Below are positions 24,537-36,479 of a stretch of 64,000 nt of DNA, one piece after another. The notes beneath the pieces are model-generated. The model was not told the DNA's origin and searched no databases. It was given only the letters and a program-made list of their open reading frames with translations. The position numbers and the translations under genes were made by a program. Source of the DNA: Squalus acanthias (taxonomy: Eukaryota); contig CM059432.1 of the NCBI GenBank assembly GCA_030390025.1, positions 120,964,001 through 121,028,000 on the forward strand. Reading direction: 5' to 3'. Each line of letters starts with the position of its first letter. Position 1 is the first letter of the stretch.

Positions 24537-26171
24537 TCACAGTCATAGAGTCACAAAGGCACAGAAGGAGGCTATTCGGCCCATTGAGTCCGTGCCGGCT
24601 CTCTGTAGAGCAATCTAGTCAGTCCCATTTCCCCGCTCTATCCCCATAGCCCTGCAAGTTTATTTCCCTAAAGTGCCTATCCAGTCTTCCCCTGAAAACA
24701 TTGGGAGAAAAATTTGGTTGCTTTGCGCCTCCCGTTAGTGCCCTAAGAGGGCGCTAATGGGTGCAAAGCAACTAGTGCCTGGGCGCGGAGCCGCCAACGC
24801 CTCCCGTGAAATTCAGCGGGAGGTCAGCGGCGGCGGTAACCGTTAGCGCCCCGCGTCGTTGCGCTGCCGGCGATGACGTCATTTCCGTGCGCAGCGCCCC
24901 GGCCGCGATCTTCTGTAGCCCCCCCGACTTACCGCCGGACGCTATGTCCGACGGGGTCAGGGGGTCCTACCTGCAGCCAGGGCGGCACTAATTAAAGGCA
25001 AGGTGCCGGGCGGCCATTTTTGTTGCTGGCCACCTGCCAGCACCTGCCCGCATTGCCGTCCTCGGCCTTCTGTGAAGCCCCCCCGCGAAAGGCCGGCTGC
25101 ACTCCGTGAGCCCGGCACTTCTCTTGAGTGCCGGGCTCTTTTGCTGGCACTCCGATCCCTGGTGGCTCAGCTGGGCCCCGGGTTGCGCTGCTCAAGGCCC
25201 CTCCACTTTAAGAAGGTGAGGAAGGGCTGCAGATATTCCCTCGCAGTGCCGCAAGAGGGAGGTGGGGCGCTTCCAGTAGCACTCCACTTCCCTTTTGGGG
25301 CGCTACCATTCAATTTCAGCCACGGGGGCGCTCATTTTGTCGGGGCGCTAAAAGTAGTGCCTCTGCGAATTCAGTGCCCCAAAGGGGACGCGACTCAATT
25401 TTTCCCCCTATTGAGTGTGTCCGCTTCCACCACTTCCGTCGGCAGCGAGTTCCAGGTCCTCATCACTCGCTGTGTAAAAAAGTTTTTCCTCACATTTCCC
25501 CTGTATCTCTTGCCCAAATCCTTAAGTCTGTGTCCCCTAGTCCTTGTACCATCAACTAGTGGGAACAGCCTTTCCCCATCTAGCCTATCTAAATCCATCA
25601 TAATCTTGAACACCTCAATCAAATCACCCCTCAAACTCCTTTGCTCTAATGAAAACAAATCCAGCTTCTCCAACCTGTCCTTATAGCTAAGATCCCCCAT
25701 CCCTGGAACCATTCTGGTAAATCTCCTCTGCACCCTCTCAAGTGCCTTCACATCCTTCCTAAAGTGTGGTGACCAGAACTGGATGCAATACTCCAGTTGT
25801 GGCCTAACCAGCGCTTTATAAAGGTTCAGCATAACTTCTCGACTTTTGTACTCAATACCTCTATTTATGAAGCCCAAGATCCCATATGCTTTGCTAACCA
25901 CTCTCTCAATATATCCCGCCACCTTCAGGGACCTATGCACATTAACTCCTAGGTCCCTCTGTCCCTGCACACTCTTTAAAACTGTGCCATTAAGTGTATA
26001 TTGCCTCTCCCTGTTCCTTATGCCAAAATGCATCACCTCACACTTCTCTGTATTAAATTCTGCTACTTGCCTGCCCATTCTGCTAGCCTTTCTATGTCCT
26101 GTTGCAGTCGATAGGTCTCATCATCACTGTTTGCCACACCCCCAAGTTTGATGTCATCATAAATTTAGAAA
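24537..26171 (-). mobile_element. 5'-truncated CR1 3' end nested in the host CR1, itself interrupted by a MITE
   Basis: KCEVMHFG, RPQLEYCIQFWSP, TRGH; 3' UTR at 24540-24700. Confidence 0.88.
24703..25408. mobile_element. CpG-rich MITE (probably Harbinger-type)
   Basis: Imperfect 19-bp TIRs GGGAGAAAAATTTGGTTGC / GCGACTCAATTTTTCCCCC; AT-rich 3-bp flanks (ATT/TAT); repeated GGGCGC/GCGCCC motifs. Confidence 0.75.
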
Positions 26172-26902
26172 TTCCCAGTCCTGATTTTTCTTTAGCCATG
26201 TCTCAGTAATCCCTACTATGTCTAGTTCCTCGCAACGTATGATTGCCTCCAGCTCCCCTGTTTTATTACGGACCCTGTGTGCATTGCTGTACAGACAGTT
26301 TAACTCATTTTTAGTAGGATTTCCTCTCACTTTATGTTTAACCATCTTTTTAGACTTCTGTTCTATAACTCTATTTATTCCCTTGCCATGAATGTCCCCG
26401 CTTACTTTATTCTTTCCTATGCTCTCTTTTCCTGTTTTGTTTATATTTAGGCTGCTTACGTTTCGTGTAGATCCCTCCCCCCATCTTACTAGTTTAAAGC
26501 TTTTGTCACCTCCCTATTTGCCCTTTCCGCTAGGACACGGGTCCCATCCTGATTCAGGTGGAACCCGTCCCATCGGTACAGCTCCTTCCTGTCCCAGAAC
26601 TGGTGCCAGTGTCCAATGAAAAGGAACCCCTCTTTCCCACACCAGCCATTTAGCCACGTGTTAATTCTCCTGATCTGTCTGCTTCTATGCCAATTTGCAC
26701 ATGGCTCGGGCAATAATCCAGAGATTATTACCCTCGAGGTCCTGCTATTTAATTTAGATGCTAACTCCTGATACTCTTTCAGCAGGACCTCCTCCCTGTT
26801 CCTACCTATGTCGTTTGTTCCAACATGCACCACGACAACTGGATTTCCAACCTCCCTTTCCAAGTTCCTCTCCAGCCACTGTGAGATATCTCTTACTCTG
26901 GC

Positions 26903-27540
26903 GAGGGAGAGAGAGAGACTGGGGGGTGAGAGAGAGAGACTGGGGGGGTGAGAGAGAGAGAGACTGGGGAGAGAGAAAGAGACGGGGGGAGAGAGAGAGA
27001 GAGACAGGGAGAGAGAGAGAGACTGGGGGAGAGAGAGAGAGAGACTGGGGGGTGAGAGAGAGAGAGACTGGGGAGAGAGACAGAAAGAGACGGGGAGGGA
27101 GAGAGAGAGAGACTGAAGGGAGGGAGAGAGAGACTGGGGAGAGAGAGAGACTGGGGAAGAGAGAGAGACTGGGGAGAGAGAGAGACAGAGATGGGGGAAA
27201 GAGAGACAGAGACGGGGGAAAGGAGAGAGAGAGAGAGAGAGTCTGGGGAGGGGGAGAGAGAGAGACTGGGGGAGGGGGAGAGAGAGAGACTTGGGGAGGG
27301 GGAGAGAGAGACTTGGGGAGAGACTGGGGGGGAGAGAGAGAGAGAGACTGGGGGAGAGAGAGAGTGGGGGAGAGAGAAAGAGAGACGGGGAGACTGGGGG
27401 AGAGAGAGAGAGAGACTGGGGCAAGAGAGAGAGAGAGAGAGACTGGGCGGGAGAGAGAGAGAGACTGGGAGGGAGAGAGAGACTGGGGGGAGAGAGAGAG
27501 AGAGACTGAGGGGCTGGAGAGAGAGACTGGGGGGGAGACT
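26903..27540. repeat. Purine-rich compound satellite, unit about (GA)nCTGGGGG
   Basis: About 640 bp of GAGAGAGAGACTGGGGG variants. Confidence 0.97.
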
Positions 27541-28019
27541 AAAACTAGTAGCGTAAATGCACTGTGAATGGCACTCACTCTGCCAGCACAGCAGTCATAC
27601 CAGACTGACATTAATGACTGGGAACAGATTACTGAGAGCCAAACAAAATGCCACTTTGTGTTCCTTGAAACATATATTTACACATCTTAAACCTGAGGGC
27701 TGTAGTTCACTTCAGATGTCAAGCAGTGAATAAAGGAAAGTCACCATTTGACTGTGAATGCACTTACACATGAAGAAGAACCAAACAGTGGGAGGAAATC
27801 TAAAGGATATCGTTCCAAAATGTTAATAATTTGGTTGAACTAAGCAATAAGCACACTGTGACCTTAATCCCTTAACCTTGAATTATTAATGATATCTCTG
27901 AATATACTTAGATTTGTAGTATGTAATCACTGTGCTAATGAAAGCAACACTCACCCCACCCCCCCCCGCCCCCACCATTTTTCAAGTCTTTCTTCATATC
28001 TTTATTTCCTTATATCGGG

Positions 28020-28930
28020 CAGCATCCCAGGGAATCTGTGATGTGCACTGTTTACTGACTCAACATCCTTCCTATAGTGTGGAGCCCAAAACAGCACACA
28101 GCACTCCATCTGTGGGCTAACAAAGGCCCACCATAACAGCACAAATTTCATGCTCGATACCTTTCTCTATAAATTTCAATAGTCTATTAGTTGTTTTATG
28201 GCCTTACCCACTTGAGGTGCTGCTTTTAATGTGTGAACCTGAACTCCCAAATTCTTCTCCTCTTCCATATGTCAGCCATATATCCCTATGTCAGCTGTGG
28301 CTCAGTTTGAAGCACTCTTGCCTCAGAGTCAGAAGGTTGTGGGTTCATAGTCCCACTCCAGAGGCACTGAGCACAAAAATCTCGCCTGACACTCCAGTAC
28401 TGAGGGAGTGCTGCACTGTTGGAGATGCCGTCGTTTCAGATGAGATGTTACACTGAGGCCCTGTCTGCTCTTTCAGGTGGATGTAAAAGATCCTGTGGTG
28501 CTATTTTGAAGAAGAGCAGGGGAGTTATCCCCAGTGACCTGGCCAATATTTATCCCTCAATCAACATCACTCAAACAGATTATCTGTTCATTATCACATT
28601 GCTGTTTGAGGGAGCTTGCTGTGCGCAAATTGGCTGCTGCGTTTCCTACATTACAACAGTGACCACACTTCATAAAGTACTTCATTGGCTGTAAAGAGCT
28701 TTGGGATGTCTGGTGGTCGTGAAAGGCGCTATATAAATGCAAGACTTTCTTTCATTTTTCTTTATCACCCAGGTTTCCCCATTCAATGTATAATTATTAC
28801 TTTTACTTTTAACCAAAATGTACCTCTTCACATTTACTGACATTTAATTTCATCTGGCACTTTTTTACCCAATCATCACATCAATTTTAGCAGGCAGCTT
28901 TTTTTGGTCCTCAGAATTATTTATTATGCT
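28020..28930 (-). mobile_element. Old, highly diverged CR1 RT fragment, split by a SINE; probably continues at about 32981-33340
   Basis: Residual CAVLGSTL*EGC-type (YCVQFWSP) region and KCEEVHFG. The later piece retains GVP*GSG and FQKAFEKV. Confidence 0.55.
28289..28755 (+). mobile_element. DeuSINE (SacSINE1-like), full length
   Basis: A box TGGCTCAGT, B box GGTTCATAGTCCC, Deu core and GCTATATAAATGCAAG tail. Confidence 0.88.
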
Positions 28931-28959
28931 TCCTATTTTAGTATTGTCATAGATTCATA

Positions 28960-29203
28960 GGGGGTGATTTTGCCAATGGAGACATGATGGAGGCGGGACT
29001 GCTGCTTGTCGGGTTTTAGTCCCGCCTCCATCGACGTCCAGCCAACCCACGCTATTTTCCCTTGATTGACCTTGTTAAGCTCGCCCAGCGGGCTTAGCAG
29101 GCCAATTAAGGAAAGCCAGTTACTGGTGACATCAGGTAGTGACGTTTCATCTGTCAAGAGTTTTTGACAGATGAATTGTCATCGTTTGACAGCTCTGTGA
29201 AGC
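28960..29203. mobile_element. One half of a Harbinger MITE (family of 2071-4214), cut by a deletion
   Basis: Aligns with 2071-2320 and abuts a 3'-truncated CR1. Confidence 0.8.
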
Positions 29204-32200
29204 TCTATTTATGAAGCCCAAGATCCCATATGCTTTGGTAACCACTCTCTCAATATGTCCTGCCACCTTCAGAGACCTATGCACATTAACTCCCAGGTCC
29301 CTCTGTCCCTGCACACACTTTCAAACTGTGCCATTAAGTGTATATTGCTTCTCCCTGTTCCTTCTGCCAAAATGCATCACCTCAAACTTCACTGTAATAA
29401 ATTACATCTGCCACTTGTCTGCCCATTCTGCTAGCCTTTCTATGTCCTGTTGCAGTCGATTGGTATCATCATCACTGTTTGCCATACCCCCAAGTTTGGT
29501 GTCATTGGGAAATTTAGAAATTCTACTCTATATTCCAATAACCAGATCATTTATATATATATATATATATATATATCAAAAAAAGCACTGGCCCCAGCAC
29601 TGACCCTTGGGGAACACCACTGTCTACCATCCTCCAGTCTGAAAACAGCCATTTACCACAACTCATTTTTTTCTGTCCTTTAGCCAACTCCTTATCCAAG
29701 CTGCCACTGACCCACCTATTCCATGAGCCTCAATTTTGTTAACCAGCCTTCTATGTCGTACTTTGTCAAACAACTTCTGAAAATCTATGTCGACAACATC
29801 CATTGCATTCCCTTCATCAATCCTCTCTGTTACTTCATCAAAAAATTCAATTGGATTAGTCAAACACGATCTGCCTTTTACAAATCCGTGTTGGCTCTCC
29901 TTAATTAGCTTAAACCTCTCCAAGTGCCCATTCATTTTTTCCTTGATTATTGTTTCTAAAATTTTACCTGCCACTGATGTTACACTGACCGGCCTGTAGT
30001 TACTTGGATTGTCCTTACACCATTTCTTGAACAATGGTGTCACATTTGCCACTTTCCAATCCTCAGGCACTTCCTCCGCATCTAGGGAAAATTGGAAAAT
30101 TATGGCAAACCCTTTCGCTATCTCCTCCCCCAATTCCCTTAGCAACCTGGGATGCAAGCCACCTGGACCAGGCGACTTGTCCACTCTAAGCATACACAGC
30201 CTTTCTAGTACATCCCTTCCATTGCTTCTACCTTTTCCACTTTTTCAGCATCCACCTCCTTAGTAAATACCGAAACAAAGTACTCATTGAGTATTCTAGC
30301 CTTGCCCAGCGCCTCTAAGCATACATCACCTTCTTTGTCTCTAATAGGCTCCAGCCCAGCCTCTCACTACCTGCTTATTGTTTACATACCGGTAGAAAAT
30401 TTTGGGGTTCCCTTTTATGTTAACCGCCATTCTACTCTCATATTCTCTCTTTGCCAATCGTATTTTCATCTTCACATCCCCTCTCAACTTATAGTATTTG
30501 GTCTGGTTCTCCCTTGAAGAATTCACTTGACATGCATCAAACACCCTCTTTTTTTGTTTCATCATCTTCTCTATCTCCCACGTCATCCAAGGAGCCCTTG
30601 CTTTGGTTCCCTTACCCTTTCCTCTTGTTGGAATGTACCTAGCCTATACTTGGAACATCTCCTCCTTAAAGATCACCCATTGTTCAGTTCGACATTTTCC
30701 TGTCAGTCTTTGGTTCCATTTTACCCTGGCTAGATCCTTTCGCATCCCATTGTAGTTAGCCCTATTCCAGTTTAGAAGTTCCACTCTAGGTTGTTCCTTG
30801 CTCCTCTCCATTGCTAATCTAAATCTTATGATACGATGATCACTCGTACCCAAGTGTTTTCCCACAGACACTTGGTCGACCTGGCCCACCTCATTCCCCA
30901 GCACCAGATCCAGCAATGCCTCCTTCCTAGTTGAGCCAAGAACATACTGGTCAAGGAAATTCTCCTGAACAGATTTCAGAAATTCCTCCCCTCCCTTCCC
31001 TTTACCCTAGCATTATCCCAATCGATATTTGGGTAATTAAAGTCCCCCAATATCACCACTCTATAGCTCTTGCATATCTCTGCGATTTCCCTTCAGATTT
31101 GCTCCTCCACCTCCCTCTCACTATTTGGAAGCCGAGAGAATACCCCCAATAGTGTGATCATACCCTTTTTGCTCCTCCACTCTAACCAAATGGATTTTGT
31201 CCTTGTGCCCTCAAGAACATCCTCCCTTTCCAACACGACAATGTCTTCCTTAATCAGCACTGCCACCCCACCTCACTTTTTCCTTCCCTATCTTTTCTGA
31301 ACACCTTGTATCCTTGAATATTAAGTGCCCAGTCCTCACCATTTGTAAGCCACTTTTCCGTTGTTGCCACAACATCATATTGCCACATGGATAATTGTGC
31401 TTGTAGCTCACCAACATTATTCACCACACTTTGTGCGTTTACGAACATCCATTCTAAACACATTTTTGAATTTTTCGTAGTCTTTCTTAGTCTGCTCCTA
31501 TCTAATATGGTACTATTACCGCCTCTAGTACTATCTTCTCTAGTACTATCCAACATACTCACTCTTTTATGCACATTATTCCTGTTTTCTACTCCTATAT
31601 GCTGGTGCCTATTCCCATGCCAAGCTAGTTTAAACCCTCCCCAACAGCACTAACAAACCTTCCCGTGTCAATATTGGTCCTGGCTCTGTTGAGGTGTGTT
31701 GGAGAAGAAAATTATTAAAGAAATGTCGGAGAAGAAAAACTCATCCAGTTAATGAACTTTAAATTCGCTGACACAGGACTTTAACATGCTGCAATGGGTT
31801 GGCAGTCTGCCTTGTCAGACAACGTTACAACATACAGGGCTCGAGATAACACTGTCACATAGACGAGGCTGATCACATCAACTGTACCCTGACGTTAATT
31901 GAATTTATTTACTATGCTTAACAATTGTATACATAAAATTGATTGGATTCTAATAACTATCACGCGCTCATGTGAGCACGATGTGATCAATGATGGATGT
32001 ATAAAATACTGTGCCCCGGAGTGACTTATCTGAGAGGTCGGTGACTGCACGCGGGTGCATCAATTCTCTCCCAGAGCGCTCTGAATAAAGTGTACTCCCG
32101 CATTAAACCGTGTAAATTGGTGTTTGAGTTTTATTGCTCAGTCGGGCTAAGTCGGGTAACGCGTCGACTCTCCTTCACGGTTGGTCCGCTTAAGGCTCCG

Positions 32201-32980
32201 ATTAGCCCCTACAACAAGGTGTAACTCGTCCGGCTTGTACAGGTCCCACCTTCTCCAGAAACGGTCCCAATGCCTCAGGAATCTAAAGCCCTCCCTCCTG
32301 TACCATCTCTCCAGCCATGCATTCATCTGTTCTATCCTCCTATTCCTGTACTCACTAGCATGTAGTACTGGGAGTAATTTGGATATTACTACCTTTGAGG
32401 TCCTGCTTTTTACTCTCTCTCCTAGCTCCCTAAACTCTGCCTGCAGGACCTCATCCCTCTTTCTGCCTATGTCGTTGGTATCGATATGGACAACGACCTC
32501 TGGCTGTTCACCCTCCCTGCTCAGAGTGTCCTGCAGCCGCTCAGTGACATCCTCGACCCTGGCACGAAGGAGGTAACATACCATCCTGGAGTCACGTCTA
32601 CGGCCGCAGAAACGCCTGTCTGCTCCCCTAACTATCGAATCCCCTACCAGTATTGCTCTTCCAATCTTTTTCCTCCCCCTCCTGTGCAGCTGAGCCACCT
32701 GTGATGCCGTGGACTTGACTCTGGCTGCACTCCCCAGAGGAACCATCGCCCTCACCAGTACTCAGAACAGAATACTGGTTGGAGAGCACGATGCACTCCG
32801 GTGCCTCCTGCACTACCTGCCTGTTCCTCCTCTTTTGTCTGGTGGTTACCCATTCCCTCTCTGCCTGCATACTTTTAAGCTGCGGGGTGACCACTTCTAG
32901 AAACGTGCTATCCACGTAACTCTCAGCCTCGCGGATGCACCGCAGTGACTCCAGTCGCCGCTCAAGTTCCGAAACTTGGG
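29204..32980 (-). mobile_element. CR1 LINE (ORF1 esterase and most of ORF2), decayed; contains a solo LTR and a (TA)n at about 29552-29576
   Basis: GDSIVRG, DTNDIG, DELHL; NAQS, GDFN, SDH; KSPGPGG, DFQK. Confidence 0.9.
31697..32216 (+). mobile_element. Solo LTR, 520 bp
   Basis: TGTTG...CAACA termini, perfect 5-bp TSD AGGTG (31692-31696 and 32217-32221), TATAAAA at about 32000 and AATAAA at about 32084. Confidence 0.92.
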
Positions 32981-33619
32981 CACTACTTCATCTATCCAAA
33001 TCATTGATGTACACAATGGACAAAGCAATCCCAGAGCCTGAACCCTATGGGACACCATGATCCACTTCCAACCACTGAGAGCTCCTACTCTTTGCTTCCT
33101 CTCTTTTAACTAGTTTTTAATCCAATTTTGCATACCTTCCTCTAATTCCATACCCCTTAATCTTCTCCAATAGTTTTCTGTGTCGTACCTTCTCAAAGGC
33201 TTTCTGAAACTCCATGTACACCACATTCACTCCATTTCCCTCATCCACCATGTCTCAAAGAAATCTCTTCAGGTTTGTTAAGGCAATTTTCCTTTCTTAA
33301 ATCCATGTTGGCTGCGTCTAATTTTTTTCTCATTATCAAATATCTAGTAATTAGGGAGTTCTCATTTTTTGGGCGCTTCCATACTAACCCTGCACACAAA
33401 TGGTAGGATCCGAGGAGTCCAGGATATAAGGCCTTAGATCTCATTCACACAGGAACGGCGCTATGGGAGGAGACCAAGAAGGTAAGTGGTGAGAGTTTGG
33501 GCTGCGGCTAGTGCTGCAGCGGACCAGCAGTAAGTGATGGCCTCGGTGGGGGGGGGAGGTGAATGGAAGGAATCGCGAACCTCAGGGTGGGGGTGTATTG
33601 TGGGACTCAGGCAGTCATT

Positions 33620-33905
33620 GTAGCCAGAGAATTTCCAGCAATGGCTTCTCTTCCTGCCTATCTACCATCACCTTTGGAGTCTACCAAGGATTTATTCTTA
33701 GCCGTCTCTTCTAACTCATCTACATGCTGCCCCTTGACAACATTATCGGAAGACATGGGGTCAGCTCCTACATGTAGACTGACAACACTTACATCTACCT
33801 CTCCAACACCTGTCTTGACCCCTCCAATGCTTCTGTTGTCAGATTGCTTACCCAACATCCAATCTTGGATGAGCTGCAATTTTTCCAGTTAAACTTTGGC
33901 TGAAC
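33620..33905 (+). mobile_element. L2-clade LINE RT fragment (second copy at about 50620-50875)
   Basis: The copy-2 translation FGVSQGSILSRLFLLIYMLPLDNII resembles the L2 motif GVPQGSILGPLLFLIYMLPL. Confidence 0.75.
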
Positions 33906-33910
33906 ACTAA

Positions 33911-34753
33911 GGGCAGAATTTTCATTGACCCGTGGAGGCGGGTTTGGAGGCGTGTGGGGTGGGAAAATAGCAGATTCGGGGGTCCCGAACCCATCCCACC
34001 CCCAACCCGCCTCCATGCCAGTTTCACAGGAGGCGGGACCCGACCTGTGCTGGGACCCGCCTCCCCGAGGCGGGAAGGGGATTATTGCCAATAAACTGCC
34101 TGTTAACAGGTAGTTAACAGGCAGTTTTTTGGCTAATCCCTATTTTTAGCCCTAAAGTGTGGGCTTCCCGACAGGTCCGAACCATGCCGATTTAGCGAGG
34201 CGGACCGTCGGTCTGGAGGGCCTGGAAGGGTCGAGATGTCCGGTGTGCAGGTGAGTGATGGGTGCATGAGTGCAGAGGTAAGTGTGTTTGGTGTGTGTAA
34301 AGTGTTATAAGAACTTGTACTTACCTTAACTTTGTTCTGCAGGCTTCCTTCCTTCAGTTCTCGGGAGTCCCTCAGCTCACCGGCACAGAAAGCAGAATGG
34401 CCGCGGAGCTGTCAAAAGCTGCAGTCTCTGCTTTCTGGGCTGGATTGATTTCTAACTGAGTCTAAGTACAGGGACTCAAGTTAGAAATCATATTGTCAGT
34501 GTTTGACAGCTTCACAGAGCTGTCAAACGCTGAAATTTCATCTGTCAAAAGCTCTTGACAGATGAAATTTCAATGGCTGACGTCACCTGTATCCAAGGGA
34601 CCCTTGATTGGCCTGCTAAGCCTGCTGGGCGGGCATAACAAGGTCAATCAAGGGAAAATACAGTGGGTTGGCCATAAGTCGATGGAGGCGGGACTACAAC
34701 CCAAAAAGTAGGAGTCCCGCCTCCATCACGTCCCCATTGACAAAATCCAGCCC
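33911..34753. mobile_element. Harbinger MITE (family of 2071-4214, opposite orientation)
   Basis: TIRs GGGCAGAATTTT/AAAATCCAGCCC. Left flank TAA, right flank CAT, so the TSD is not intact. Absent from copy 2. Confidence 0.85.
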
Positions 34754-34754
34754 C

Positions 34755-36140
34755 ATGTGTCAACTCCTCTATTGAGTCTCCTATTACTACTGCATTCCCA
34801 ACTGAGTTGCTTATCTCCCCCCCTTGAGCCATCTCATGTTTTTTGCTGCCATTGTAATCCATTTGATGATCCTGCCCATAGTCTTCACCCTTCCCATAGG
34901 AAGCCAATACTTCAAACTTGTTAGAAAGGGTCATTTTCCCTGAGCATCCTGCTATTGCCTATTCCCCCCGACATGCATACACAGTCCCCATTCCTCCTTA
35001 AATCACTGCCAAGTCCCTCTCCCAGTTGGATTGACTATCCTCCAAAGCTCTTGCTCCAGAAACATCTCTCTCTCGCTGAGGTGGCGGATTGTCTCCACCT
35101 CAAGTTCTGTGATCTTAAGTTCAAGTATTCGCAGTTGGAGACACTTCCTGCAGGTATGTTTGACGAAGTCGACATGAAAGTGAGAAGTCGCACAACACCA
35201 GGTGTTGTGCGACTTCTCACTTATGTCCACCCCAGTCCAACACCGGCATCTCCGCATCAAGTCAACATGTACCACTCAAAACTCCCACATCCTACAGGAA
35301 CCACACAGTATTAGAACATAGAACATAGAAACATAGAAAAATAGGAGCAGGAGTAGGCCATTCGGCCCTTCGAGCCTGCTCCGCCATTCAATATGATCAT
35401 GGCTGATCCTCTATCTCAATACCATATTCCCGCTCTCTCCCCATACCCCTTGATGCCTTTTGCGTCTAGAAATCTATCTATCTCCTTCTTAAATAAATCT
35501 CAGTCCTAAATGTCCTACCCCATATCCTGAGACTGTGACCCCTCGTTCTAGACCCCCCAGCCAGGGGAAACATCCTCCCTGCATCCAGTCTTTCTAGCCA
35601 TGTCAGAATTTTATACGTTTCAATGAGATCCCCTCTCATTCTTCTAAACTCTAGTGAATACAGGCCTAGTCGACCCAATCTCTCCTCATACGACAGTCCT
35701 GCCATCCCAGGAATCAGTCTGGTGAACCTTCGCTGCACTATTGTTCCTTCCTGTGTTGTCATTATTGCTATAACTGTCAGTTAAGTTATGTGTAGGTTTA
35801 TATTCTTACCTATTTGAATAGTAATGAAACCACTCAGCTCCTCCTTGCCCCTCTGCTCCAAATTCACATTTAGTCCAATTCCCGTTATGGAAGTACTGTT
35901 CTCAGTCTGTTCCCAACTCTGTTACCAGCTCACTCCGTGCTGTGCTCTCTGCTCAAACTGGGGCGCAATTGCTGAAAAAATATCTTCCGATATCAAACCA
36001 AATTAGGTCATAAACCAGTTTCAGCAACTCACTCGGGCCAACTACACAGTACATTAATTAACACCTAGCTAGTGACTGATGATTTTCTGCTACCTGTTAA
36101 CTGCTAATTCACTACAGTTGCACAAACTTAAATATAAAGT
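34755..36140 (-). mobile_element. Old CR1 ORF1 and 5' region remnant with a nested CR1 3' fragment (about 35312-35740); duplicated at about 50876-52190
   Basis: TCRKCLQLRILELKITELE and AVVIGDSI. The nested piece has VQRRFTRLIPGM and a (TTCTATGT)n tail. Confidence 0.75.
35177..35258 (+). mobile_element. 82-bp insertion with a perfect 22-bp hairpin; probable extreme 5'-truncated Penelope-like element
   Basis: AAGTGAGAAGTCGCACAACACC-A-GGTGTTGTGCGACTTCTCACTT. TSD AAGTCGACATG/AAGTCAACATG; empty site in copy 2 at about 51327-51337. The Penelope call rests on structure and recall. Confidence 0.7.
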
Positions 36141-36479
36141 TTAGTTACATAGCATGGGGTGGGGGTGCGCGGGGGAAACGCACAATGGCTGGAATTTCCT
36201 GTACCTGGGCAGGTCGGGTGCAGGCAGTCGCTGTGGCGGGTTGCGACCCTGTTGTTGCTTCCATCCCGCTGCAGAAATCGACTTTGTGATAATGGGGCAT
36301 ATTAAGCCCACCCGGCGCATTACCCAGCCCAATTAAATGGTGTGGGTCTGATGACGTCATCCATGATGTGATTTCAGCTGGTATATTTAAGGAGCCATGG
36401 CCACATTGCATTTGAAGGTTCATCTAGGAGTGTGCAGGCAGCACAGTGGAGGTTTTCATTGCTTCAAACAGTTGGAGAG

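Larger units (their letters stand above)
15440..26902 (-). mobile_element. Host CR1 LINE, 5'-truncated within ORF1, in five pieces (about 15440-15487, 17307-19253, 20642-21027, 24136-24536, 26172-26902)
   Basis: The pieces rejoin collinearly (e.g. PTREDS|LLDLVMG and NQDWE|LNITGY). Esterase motifs VGTND and DGFHLN; RT motifs GVPQGSVLGP and KFVDD. Confidence 0.88.

Noticed and set aside
26489..27611. Long ORFs of 269-311 aa (SLSLSP and ERERET repeats)
   Set aside because: They are translations of the GA-rich satellite, which lacks stop codons in most frames.
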